From an uncultured Actinomycetes bacterium (GTDB lineage Bacteria > Actinomycetota > Thermoleophilia > Gaiellales > Gaiellaceae): a stretch of DNA of 64,000 bases. Under the pieces are notes generated by a model, which saw nothing but the letters and a program-made list of their open reading frames with translations, had not been told where the DNA came from and made no database searches. Position numbers and translations under genes: made by a program. The DNA is taken from positions 29,422 through 93,421 of the forward strand of contig CAVWYX010000007.1 in NCBI GenBank assembly GCA_963759365.1, written 5' to 3'. Shown here in pieces: positions 10,734 to 19,039 of the stretch (the stretch's first letter is position 1; each line of letters starts with the position of its first letter).

Positions 10734-10768
10734 CCGTGGGCGGGAATCGCCGCGACGCCACGCGGGGG
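10734..10768 (+). repeat. J1: degenerate R remnant (left end of array)
   Basis: ccgtgggcGGGAATcgccgcGACGCCaCGCGGGGG aligns with the R tail plus first bases of the cassette at 35680-35708 (GGGAATGTCACCCGACGCCGCCGCGGGGG). Confidence 0.5.
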
Positions 10769-10875
10769 TCATTCGTCGTCGTGGTCGGTGTTCGCGGTTC
10801 GATACTGCGGCCGCCCGGTGGGCCGGTAGACCTGGATCGTCACGCCCTTCGAGTCGGCTCGCGAGTCGTCGACAT
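10769..10875 (-). pseudogene. C-terminal fragment of RibD_C/DHFR-like gene
   Basis: About 105 nt collinear with 35710-35815. It encodes ...SRADSKGVTIQVYRPTGRPQY..DDE plus stop; there is no N-terminal part. Confidence 0.7.
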
Positions 10876-10897
10876 CGCCCGCTAGATACAGATGCGC

Positions 10898-11007
10898 GGG
10901 CTGCGCGAGCGTCCTCTCCCCCAGGTCTCGGTAGTTCAGGTATTACCGCTACTCCGTAGTTGGAGAGAGAACCCTCGCCTGGGCGAGTTTTGCGGAATGA
11001 CGCCCGA
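10898..11007 (+). repeat. J2: full junction L-M(v1)-H-R
   Basis: cgggctgcgcgagcgtcctctccc...ggtattaccgctactccgtagttggagagagaaccctcgcctgggcgagttttgcggaatgacgcccga. Confidence 0.9.
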
Positions 11008-11037
11008 CGACCGACGATCGTTGGCACGATCCAGATC

Positions 11038-11457
11038 ATGGAACAGGCGAATAAGGAACTCGTCCGCGCGTACACCAGGGACGTGTTCGACAATGGGGAC
11101 ATCTCTGCCGTGGATCGCTACCTGGCGCCGGACTTCGTCAATCACGTGACCGGCCGGTCAGGAACCGAGGACTTCAGGCGTCTTGCTGCTGAACTCAGTG
11201 CCGCGCCCGAGGCGTCGAACGTCATCGAGTTCATGGTCGCCGAGGGCGATCTCGTTGTCGCCTTCATGACTGTCACTCGTACCGTTCGCTCGAACACGAC
11301 CATCTTCGGCTATGCCGTCGAGGGGCGAGGTCAGTCGTACACCGTGCATCACGTCCACATCTACCGGGTAGCGGACGGAAAGATCAGGGAACACTGGGCT
11401 CTGCGTGACGACATCAGCATGCTCCGACAGCTCGGCGTGATCCAGGCCCCGACCTAG
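11038..11457 (+). CDS. SnoaL-like / ester cyclase (NTF2 fold)
   Basis: ATG 11038; MEQANKELVRAYTRDVFDNGDISAVDRYLAPDFVNH... Confidence 0.8.
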   Translation: MEQANKELVRAYTRDVFDNGDISAVDRYLAPDFVNHVTGRSGTEDFRRLAAELSAAPEASNVIEFMVAEGDLVVAFMTVTRTVRSNTTIFGYAVEGRGQSYTVHHVHIYRVADGKIREHWALRDDISMLRQLGVIQAPT

Positions 11458-11467
11458 GGACACCGGA

Positions 11468-11502
11468 GTCGGCTGGGCCAGTGTTCGGGAATGTCACCTG
11501 AG
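11468..11502 (+). repeat. J3: R-only junction
   Basis: gtcggctgggccagtgttcgggaatgtcacctgag. Confidence 0.9.
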
Positions 11503-11503
11503 T

Positions 11504-12016
11504 TTGCGGCAGTTAGCGTTAACGGCCGTGCGGGAGGGCTCGGGACAGCTTGTCCTTCGCGAGATCGAAGATCGTGATCTCGGCGTGCTGTTCGAGCACT
11601 CGAGGGATCGCGACGCTATACGGATGGCCGCGTTCACTTCGCCGGAGGCCGATGATCGAACGAGCTTCGAGCGACGGTGGGCGCGGCTGAGGAGCGACGG
11701 CTTTACGAGGAACAGGGTCGTCGAGATCGACGGTCGAGTTGTGGGTCACATTGCGAGCTTCGACTTGGAGGGTCACCGCGAGGTCACCTATTGGATCGGC
11801 CGTGAAGATTGGGGCCGCGGCATTGCCACGCGTGCCCTGCAAGAGTTCTTGCAGCTGGAGGCAACCCGTCCGCTTTACGCTCACGCTGCGAGCGACAACG
11901 CCGCGTCGATTCGTGTGTTGACGAAGTGCGGTTTCCTTATCGTGGGCGAGGGGCGCGAGTTCGCTCATGGGCGCAACGAGGAAACGGACGAGGTCGTCCT
12001 CCGACTCGATGCATGA
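11504..12016 (+). CDS. GNAT family N-acetyltransferase (copy 1; copy 2 at 36960)
   Basis: LVLREIEDRDLGVLFEH...YWIGREDWGRGIATRALQEFL. The start may be GTG 11528. Confidence 0.8.
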   Translation: MRQLALTAVREGSGQLVLREIEDRDLGVLFEHSRDRDAIRMAAFTSPEADDRTSFERRWARLRSDGFTRNRVVEIDGRVVGHIASFDLEGHREVTYWIGREDWGRGIATRALQEFLQLEATRPLYAHAASDNAASIRVLTKCGFLIVGEGREFAHGRNEETDEVVLRLDA

Positions 12017-12025
12017 CCCCAACTG

Positions 12026-12062
12026 CCCTCGGCTGCGCCAGTGTTCGCGAATGTTCCCTGAG
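12026..12062 (+). repeat. J4: R-only junction
   Basis: ccctcggctgcgccagtgttcgcgaatgttccctgag. Confidence 0.85.
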
Positions 12063-12107
12063 CGCGGTCCGCTCCAGCAATGACGGCGTGCTGCCAGGAT
12101 TCCGGGT

Positions 12108-12800
12108 GTGGCAGACCTAGCGTCTAGGGCCGGATGGTTGCTTGACGAGCTCGCTCACGTAGGGCAGGAGCATCTCGATCCCTCCTACGTGGCCGCCTAC
12201 GACTCCAAGTCCCCAACCGATTGGAGCGACGACATCGCCAGGCTGCAAACGCTCGGGATTGGAGCGGGAAGCAGCGTCGTCGACCTCGGCGCCGGCACCG
12301 GCCAGTTTGCGGAGGCGGTCTCGCGCTACGTCCGGCGTGTCGTCGCCGTCGACATATCTGCGCCCATGTTGGCCGGGATGCGGGAACGCGGAATCGAAGC
12401 GGTTGAGGCTGGCTTTCTTTCGTACGAGCACACGGGTGAGCCTGCGGACGCCGTCGTAACCCGAAACGCGCTCCACCACCTCCCGGACTTCTGGAAGGCC
12501 GTTGCCTTGTCGCGCATGGCGTCGATGCTGCGCGAGCGGGGGATTCTGCTGCTCAAAGACCTCGTCTTCTCGTTTGACCCTCGCGACGCAGAACGCGTGC
12601 TAACAGCCTGGTTTAGATCGGCTCCCACCGATCCGACGAAAGGGTGGACGGCGGACGAGCTCGCCGAGCATGTCCGAACCGAATACTCAACCTTCACCTG
12701 GCTGCTCGAGCCGATGCTCCGACGCGCCGGCTTCGAGATTCAGGAGAAAGCCGTCAGCGACAACAAAATCTTCGCGAGCTACACCTGCATCCGCACGTAA
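12108..12800 (+). CDS. class I SAM-dependent methyltransferase
   Basis: 230 aa; VVDLGAGTGQFAEAV motif I. Confidence 0.8.
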   Translation: MADLASRAGWLLDELAHVGQEHLDPSYVAAYDSKSPTDWSDDIARLQTLGIGAGSSVVDLGAGTGQFAEAVSRYVRRVVAVDISAPMLAGMRERGIEAVEAGFLSYEHTGEPADAVVTRNALHHLPDFWKAVALSRMASMLRERGILLLKDLVFSFDPRDAERVLTAWFRSAPTDPTKGWTADELAEHVRTEYSTFTWLLEPMLRRAGFEIQEKAVSDNKIFASYTCIRT

Positions 12801-12849
12801 ACCTGGTCTGCGTCTGCGGGGAGCCCGCGCGAAGTACAAGGCCCGAGGA

Positions 12850-12951
12850 CTGAGCGAGCCTCCTCTCCCCTGAGGTAGTCGGGTATTACCGCTACTCAGT
12901 AGTTGAAGAGGGAACCCTCGCCTGGGCCAGTGTTCCGGAATGACCCCCGAG
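12850..12951 (+). repeat. J5: full junction L-M(v1)-H-R
   Basis: ctgagcgagcctcctctcccctgaggtagtcgggtattaccgctactcagtagttgaagagggaaccctcgcctgggccagtgttccggaatgacccccgag. Confidence 0.9.
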
Positions 12952-12972
12952 CGGGGACGCTTGGTGGCCCGA

Positions 12973-13497
12973 TTAGCTTCCCCGCGTTTCCGGGCGAATC
13001 GGCAGCATCAGTGAGCAATAGCCGTTGATCAGGGCGTAGCCGCTGTCGGTGTAGAGACGGAGAGCGGGGTCGTTGTCTTCCTCGGTCTGCACGACTAGGC
13101 GGAGTGCGCCCGACGCGATTGCAGCCGCTTGGACGGAGCTGAGAAGGGCACGACCGACTCCACGACGACGGTGCGTCGGCAGGACGAAAAGGTCTCTGAT
13201 CTGCCAGAAGTGGGCGAGCCGCAAGGATGCCGGTACTTCCATCGTGATCGCGAAGCCGACGAACCTCCCACTGTCTTCGGCGACGAACGCGCGTAGCTGG
13301 GTGCTGAGGTTCTGTTCCAGCCAACCTATTGCCTGGGAGGAGTAGGAAGCCTCGCCGTAGTGGGCGCGATACTTGTCGAAGAGCTCGGCGAGTGCTTCGA
13401 TTTCGGAGCGTGTCGGTGCGGTCAGAGTCCGAACTGAGACCGGCTCGCTGGTGGCCGAAGGACTGGCATGGGTGTTCTGACTCACGGCTCTCTCCAC
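12973..13497 (-). CDS. GNAT family N-acetyltransferase (copy 1; frameshifted copy at 21237)
   Basis: 174 aa; FVLPTHRRRGVGRALLSSVQAAAIASGALRLVVQTEEDNDPALRLYTDSGY. Confidence 0.8.
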   Translation of the reverse strand: MERAVSQNTHASPSATSEPVSVRTLTAPTRSEIEALAELFDKYRAHYGEASYSSQAIGWLEQNLSTQLRAFVAEDSGRFVGFAITMEVPASLRLAHFWQIRDLFVLPTHRRRGVGRALLSSVQAAAIASGALRLVVQTEEDNDPALRLYTDSGYALINGYCSLMLPIRPETRGS

Positions 13498-13524
13498 GAA
13501 AACGGTATCGCCAAGCGGCAGTAA

Positions 13525-13633
13525 CCTCGCCTGGGCCAGCGTCCTCTCACCTGAAGGCCCTTCCGGTATTACCGATACTCAGTAGTTACACGCTGGATGC
13601 GGGGTCGGCCAGGGTCCGCGATGTCACCCGACG
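13525..13633 (+). repeat. J6: L-M(v1) then variant spacer and R tail
   Basis: cctcgcctgggccagcgtcctctcacctgaaggcccttccggtattaccgatactcagtagtt|acacgctggatgcggggtcggccagggtccgcgatgtcacccgacg. Confidence 0.85.
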
Positions 13634-14437
13634 ATCGCCGTCGACAAGTGGGTTGCGTGTTCGCGTATGTGTGCCTCGGCGCTTTCCCAGCTCTCAAGGT
13701 GACCTTCGGCGAGCAGTCGGGCATACGGCGGTTTGCCAAGAAAGCCGAGGTCGTGAATGAGCTGTGCCTCGCGGCCGCAGCGTTCCACAGCGACATCCAA
13801 GATGTCGGCGGGGAAAATCGCGGCCCCGTAGCCTTCGCGGAAGACATGGATGCGACGCCTTGTCTCGACCAGGCTGAGCTGGGAAGCGGGCATCAGAGGG
13901 ACGAAGCTGAGTAACGCCCAGGCGAGATCCCACGAGCGTCGGCCCGGGCCAGCGAGGTCCCAGTCAATGAACGTCCATCCGTCGGCCCCGCGAACGAGGT
14001 TCCAGGGCGCGAGATCGTTGTGACAGAGCACCTCGCTAGGCCCGCGCGGGTCGCGACCCCCGGTCTGACCACGGCTGGCCGTCCAGCAACCGAAAGCCTG
14101 TGACAGCATCGTGGTAGCGGCGAATCAGAGCGGAGATTTCGGCAAGCGCCTGGTCGTCAGCCACAAGGTCGAAGTGGTCTGGCCACACGACCGCTCCATC
14201 GATGTAAGTGAGGATCTCGCGGCCCCGCTCGTCGATCCCTCGTACGCGAGGCGCCCCCTCGAACCCGCTCGACTCCAGGTGCCGCAGCAGTTCGTGGACA
14301 CACGGTGTCCACGGTCCGGTGGGGTGTCGCACGGTCGAACCGACCTTCACGACCTCCGCGCTCATATTCCCGCCTGAGAGCTGCTCCTCCACACAGACAT
14401 CCTGCCGCTCAAACCAGCGCCGCGCGACCACGCCCAA
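13624..14437 (-). pseudogene. aminoglycoside/choline-kinase-type phosphotransferase (APH fold), frame break about 14040-14105
   Basis: The N-part ORF is 14036..14437 and the C-part ORF is 13624..14109. The C-part carries [13 protein letters not shown] and IDWDLAG catalytic motifs. Confidence 0.7.
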
Positions 14438-14457
14438 ACGCCTCCGATGGGATCTCT

Positions 14458-14563
14458 GGGCTGCGCGAGCCTCCTCTCCCCGTTGTCAGTAGTCGGGTGT
14501 TACCGCTACTCAGTAGTTGGAAAGAGAACCCTCGGCTGGGCCAGTGACTCGGACAGGTCGACG
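14458..14563 (+). repeat. J7: L-M(v1)-H with degenerate R
   Basis: gggctgcgcgagcctcctctccccgttgtcagtagtcgggtgttaccgctactcagtagttggaaagagaaccctcggctgggccagtgactcggacaggtcgacg. Confidence 0.8.
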
Positions 14564-14688
14564 GCGGCCGGATCGCATCTTGCCGCGAATACTGGGTGCC
14601 GGAGGCCTACGAGGAACCAGTCGCTGAGCGCGCTCGCTGGTTCGAGCCGATGTAGACGAGACTGGCAGGGAACGCTTGCAGAAGGATT

Positions 14689-14730
14689 CTGGCTGCGCGA
14701 GCGTCCTCTTTAGGCCAGCGTCGTCTCTGC
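14689..14730 (+). repeat. J8: two tandem L-like half sites, no M
   Basis: ctggctgcgcgagcgtcctcttta + ggccagcgtcgtctctgc. Confidence 0.45.
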
Positions 14731-14796
14731 ATGCAGCCACGCTGCGTCGCGTCCCTCAGGATCGAGGTCGTCCACGCCATTCGATATGAAACGCAG

Positions 14797-15892
14797 ATGG
14801 CCGCGGCAGAGTCCCCCTCGGGGGCCAGGGACACCGGTCGCCGCGGGGTCGATGTCTCGATATCGATCCGGACGATCCTGCTGGTCGCCGGCGCCGTCGC
14901 CATCGCGTGGGCGCTGGCGTCCATCGCGAACGTTCTGCTCGTCATCTTCGTCTCCGTCTTCAGCGTCGCCGTCCTCGTGCCGGTCGTGACTGCGATGGAG
15001 CGGCGGTTGGGCTGGAGCCGGAGGCTGTGCACCACGGTGCTCGTGCTGGGGATCGTGATCGTCATCGGTGCGGTCGCGCTGGTGCTGGTGCAGTCGATCA
15101 GCGGCGCCGTGCACGGACTCAGCGACGACCTACCTCAGATCGTCGACAAGGTCAGGCGCAGCGATCTGGGCAACTTCATCAACGGCGGGAGCGGCTCCCT
15201 CGACACGCTGAGGAACCACGCGAGCGACATCACCCGAGGAGTGGGCAAGGTGTCGGGCGGCGTCGCCCACCTCGGAGTCTCGGCCTTCGGGGCGGTCACA
15301 CTCGCCTTGTCGGTCATCTTCCTCACGCTTTTCGGGCTGGTCGACGAACCACGCTGGCGGGACTGGATCGGGAGCCTGCTGTATCGGGACAAGCGAGAGC
15401 GCTGGCTGCGGGTCACGGATCGGATCATCCAAACGACCTCGCGCTACATGCTCGGCAACCTGGCCATCTCCGTGATCTGCGGGACCGTCTACGGCGTCAC
15501 CGCGGTGGTCCTCGGCCTTCCGTACCCTCTCGCCCTAGCGGTGATCGCGGGGATCCTCGACCTCATCCCCAGCATCGGGGCCACGCTCGCCGGCATCATC
15601 ATCGCGATCGTCGCGCTGTCGGTCAGCCTTCAGGCCTTGATCGTCTTCCTGATCGTGATCGTGGTCTACCAACAGATCGAGAACTACATCCTGCAGCCGA
15701 CGATCATCGGCAAGGCGGCCCAGGTATCCGGCTTCACCGTGCTCGCCAGCGTCCTCGCGTTCGGGGCGCTCTTCGGGTTGATCGGGGCGATCATCGGCGT
15801 GTCCGATCGCGGCCGGGCTCCAGATCGTCGCGGACGAGCTCACGGCCGGCAGAAGAGCTCGCATCGCCGCCGAGGACGCCGCGAACAAGTAG
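14797..15892 (+). pseudogene. AI-2E (PerM/UPF0118) family transporter, one-base frame break near 15801
   Basis: Polytopic ORF with ...VYQQIENYILQPTIIGKAAQVSGFTVL. After AIIGV the natural C-terminus PIAAGLQIVADELTAGRRARIAAEDAANK plus stop (15890-15892) lies in the next frame. Confidence 0.7.
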
Positions 15893-16136
15893 CCGGCCCT
15901 AACGGTCGGGGTGGGCGCACACCCCTCGCGCGCCGGACGCTGCGTACGCACGCGAGTGTCCCTCCACGACGGGAACTTCCGGGGCGGCGATGCCGCAGGT
16001 CAGCGCAGCAGACTGGCGACGGTGTTGATCAGCAGGGCGACGATGACGGACGTGAACAGGAACGCGAGCGGCGCGTGCCGCGTCGCCGTCCGCCGAGCGA
16101 AGGATGCTCGCCAAGGCGGACGGTCATCGCTCGGGC

Positions 16137-18095
16137 TCAGGCGCCCTCTCGCCCCGGCTCGGCGGCCAGTTCGGTGACGCTTTCGGCGAGGATGATGCGC
16201 GCGGCGGCCTCGACGAGCGCGAGGTGCGAGAACGCCTGGGGGAAGTTGCCGAGGTGCCGGCCGGTGTCGACGTCGAGCTCCTCCGCATAGAGGCCGAGCC
16301 CAGATGCGGCCTTGACGAGGCGCTCCATCAGGGCTCTTCCCCGCTGTGTCTCGCCGATGAGCGCCAACGCCGAGACGAGCCAGAAGGAGCAGATGAGAAA
16401 GGTGCCCTCCTTGCCGGACAGTCCATCGTCGGTTTCTTCCGTGCGGTAGCGCAGTACGAATCCACCCTCGCTCAGCTCGTCCGCGACTGCGAACACCGTC
16501 GCGCGGAGCCTTGCATCGTCGGGCGGCAGGAACCCGAAGATGGCGGCGAGGAGTGCCGAGGCGTCGAGCGCGTCGGTGTCGTAGTGCTGGCGAAGCACTC
16601 CGCGCTCGCTGACCCCATGCTCGAGGATGTCGGACTTGATCGCCGCCGCGCTCTCTGCCCAAGTCGCCACAAGCGCTGCTTCTCCGGCGATGGTTGCGAG
16701 TCGAGCTGCGCGGTCGAGGGCGAGCCAGCACATGAGCTTCGACGACACGTAGTGCCGCGGCTCGCCGCGCGCCTCCCAGATGCCCTGATCCGGTTGACGC
16801 CACACCGCTGTGGCGCACTCGGCCTGCGCCTGCACGAGCGGCCACAGGCGCCGCGGAATACGCCGGCTGCGCCGGCAGTGCAGTAGGGCCGAGTCGAGTG
16901 CGGCGCCGTAGACGTCGTTCTGCCGCTGGTTGAACGCGCCGTTGCCGATGCGGACAGGCTGCGCGCCGTCGTAGCCGGCCAGATCTTCGCGGAGCGTCTC
17001 GGTCAGATCGCGGCGACCGTCGATCCCATACATGATCTGCAGCCCGCCGTCGTCGTTGCGGTCGAGGTCGGCCATGAATTGCATGAATTCGTCGGCCTCC
17101 CAGTCGAGCAGCAGATAGTGCAACGCCCGCAGCAGGAACGTCGAGTCGCGGATCCAGGTGTAGCGGTAGTCCCAATTCCGCTCCCCGCCGGGTGTCTCGG
17201 GGAGCGAGGTCGTCAGCGCCGCCACCGTCGCCCCTGTCGGCATGTAGGTGAGGCCCTTGATCGTCAGAGCCGACCGTTCGATCAGCGGCCCGAGCTCGTG
17301 GTCGGGGATCGCCGCCTGCGCAATCCAGTTGCGCCAGAACGTCGTCGTCGCGTCGAGCTGCTCGAATGCCTCGTCGACCGTCGTCGGTAGATGCGCTTGC
17401 TCGCCCCAGCCGAGCGCGCAGTAGGCCGTCTCGCCGGCGCGCAGGACGTGCCGGGCGCGAGCACGGCCACCCTCGATCCCGAGGAGCATGTCGGTTTGCA
17501 GCTCGACCGCCTGGTCGGCGCCGCTCACCCGCGCCTGGTGGCGATCTGCGGCGAGCGTCCACTCGCCCACAACGCGGCCGTAGTCGAATGCGGGCTCACA
17601 CACGAGCTCGATCTCCACCCTGCCGTCGATGCACGTGGCCGTGCGCACGAGCGCGTGGTCGGCATCCTCGTCCGCGGGCGGACGCGTGTGGGGTGTGACC
17701 GTATCTTCCGCACGGCGTGGTCCCATCGTGAGCGCCTCGCGCACGACCACCCAGCCCGTGGCTGTCTTCCACGAAGTGACGAGCACGTTCGTCCCCGGCT
17801 CGTAGATCCGGGCACGCGGAACGCTGATCCCGAATGGTCCGAAGCGGAAGCCGCCCGCGCCGCGGTCGAGCAACGCTCCGAATACGCTCGGCGAGTCGAA
17901 GCGCGGAACACACAGCCAGTCAACCGTGCCGTCCGGGGCCACGAGCGCGCCCGTGTGGCAGTTGGAAAGGAAGCCGTAGTCGGCGATGGGCGTGAACGGC
18001 GACGGTGCCGCTCCACTCTGCGCGAACGCCACGTTCTGCCGCACGACAGCTTCGCGCGCACCGTCAGACGATGTCGTCGAGCTCACCCACATCAT
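16137..18095 (-). CDS. glycoside hydrolase family 15 (glucoamylase/trehalase-like)
   Basis: 652 aa; IADYGFLSNCHTGALVAPDGTVDWLCVPRFDSPSVFGALLD...ERNWDYRYTWIRDS. Confidence 0.85.
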   Translation of the reverse strand: MMWVSSTTSSDGAREAVVRQNVAFAQSGAAPSPFTPIADYGFLSNCHTGALVAPDGTVDWLCVPRFDSPSVFGALLDRGAGGFRFGPFGISVPRARIYEPGTNVLVTSWKTATGWVVVREALTMGPRRAEDTVTPHTRPPADEDADHALVRTATCIDGRVEIELVCEPAFDYGRVVGEWTLAADRHQARVSGADQAVELQTDMLLGIEGGRARARHVLRAGETAYCALGWGEQAHLPTTVDEAFEQLDATTTFWRNWIAQAAIPDHELGPLIERSALTIKGLTYMPTGATVAALTTSLPETPGGERNWDYRYTWIRDSTFLLRALHYLLLDWEADEFMQFMADLDRNDDGGLQIMYGIDGRRDLTETLREDLAGYDGAQPVRIGNGAFNQRQNDVYGAALDSALLHCRRSRRIPRRLWPLVQAQAECATAVWRQPDQGIWEARGEPRHYVSSKLMCWLALDRAARLATIAGEAALVATWAESAAAIKSDILEHGVSERGVLRQHYDTDALDASALLAAIFGFLPPDDARLRATVFAVADELSEGGFVLRYRTEETDDGLSGKEGTFLICSFWLVSALALIGETQRGRALMERLVKAASGLGLYAEELDVDTGRHLGNFPQAFSHLALVEAAARIILAESVTELAAEPGREGA

Positions 18096-18160
18096 CTCCT
18101 CGTCGGGACACGTCGAGCCGGCGAGCTCACCGCGAGCGTCGGTCGCGGTAATCCGGCGGT

Positions 18161-18589
18161 CTAGGAGGAGCTCGCCGCAAGCTGCGCGGCGTTCTCGCGT
18201 GCCAGCATCGCGTCGAGCGTCGCGTACTCGGCCTCGACGATCGCTGACATCGCAAAGGCGATCGCGTCCGTCGCGTCGGCCTCAGCCCAGTCGGCGTCAC
18301 TCTCGGCCACGTTGGCGTCGACTGCCGCCTTCTTGGCATCCATGCGCTGCCGAACACGCTCGATGTGGCGGTTCAAGTCGGCCTGCATCTCCCGCCACTG
18401 GCTCTCTCCCTCCTTAGCGGCCTGGTCAGTCTTGGCCCGCAGCTCGGCCGCACGTTCATCAGCGTCCCGCCTCGCCTCGTCCACCTTCGCCTTGATCTCT
18501 GCTTGATTCTGCTCGGCCGCAGCCTTGACGCTGCGATCCGCCTTTTCGACCTGCTCCTTGAGCTGCGCGAAGTTGTCCGTCACCGACAT
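18161..18589 (-). CDS. hypothetical coiled-coil protein
   Basis: 142 aa, charged helical repeats. A C-terminal paralog fragment lies at 6797-6960. Confidence 0.55.
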   Translation of the reverse strand: MSVTDNFAQLKEQVEKADRSVKAAAEQNQAEIKAKVDEARRDADERAAELRAKTDQAAKEGESQWREMQADLNRHIERVRQRMDAKKAAVDANVAESDADWAEADATDAIAFAMSAIVEAEYATLDAMLARENAAQLAASSS

Positions 18590-18974
18590 CCCACTCCTCC
18601 TTTCGGTACGTACCGTTGAAGCTACGCCTCCACACCGGGGCGGTCAACCGGATCTGGGTGGGGCAGCCCACTCGGGCGGCGGCGGCGGCTCGCTCGCGGG
18701 GCTTCAACTCAGCTGGTTCGATCCCCGTCCTCGCGGGCGATCGGCAAGGCTGGGGGCCATTGATATCCCCCTAACACCTCACCCCTGTCGGGCGATGGCG
18801 TTCGTCAAGGCTGGCAATGCGTACTCGACAGCGGCGACGGGCAAGGCATCTTCCGGGGGCAAACGTGAACTGAGCGCAACCCGCATGGCTAGTGGGCTAG
18901 CGCCGATAGGACGCTGCGGCCGACCGAGGCGCCGGCGAGAGCGGTTCGGGCATATCGTCGCCCGGTAGAACGAC

Positions 18975-19009
18975 GCTTCCCTGGGCCAGCGTTCCGGAAT
19001 GACGCCTGA
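18975..19009 (+). repeat. J9: R-only junction
   Basis: gcttccctgggccagcgttccggaatgacgcctga. Confidence 0.9.
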
Positions 19010-19039
19010 TCCTTGGGCTCCCAACCTTAGGATTGTGAC

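Noticed and set aside
11481-11502. The ATG inside the R box (GGAATGTCACCTGA) as a conserved start codon or leader peptide
   Set aside because: It is out of frame with the downstream genes I checked, it gives no conserved peptide beyond 4 codons, and it is also present next to minus-strand genes.
11481-11502. GGGAAT in the R box as an ECF-type -35 promoter element
   Set aside because: No conserved -10 follows at fixed spacing because the sequence after R is cassette-specific. The box orientation is independent of gene orientation.
16000-17562. Long overlapping antisense ORFs with Arg/Pro/Ala-rich translations (also 22745..23935, 40939..41961, 45187..46839, 57232..58893, 51863..53029)
   Set aside because: These are typical high-GC shadow ORFs opposite genuine genes (GH15, MFS, YcaQ, GT4, proline dehydrogenase). 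They have low-complexity composition and no motifs.
18680-18750. tRNA or tmRNA-like fragment (GGTTCGATCCCCG) that might be an integration att site
   Set aside because: The flanking bases do not form a T-stem or an acceptor stem, so this is only a chance T-loop-like heptamer.
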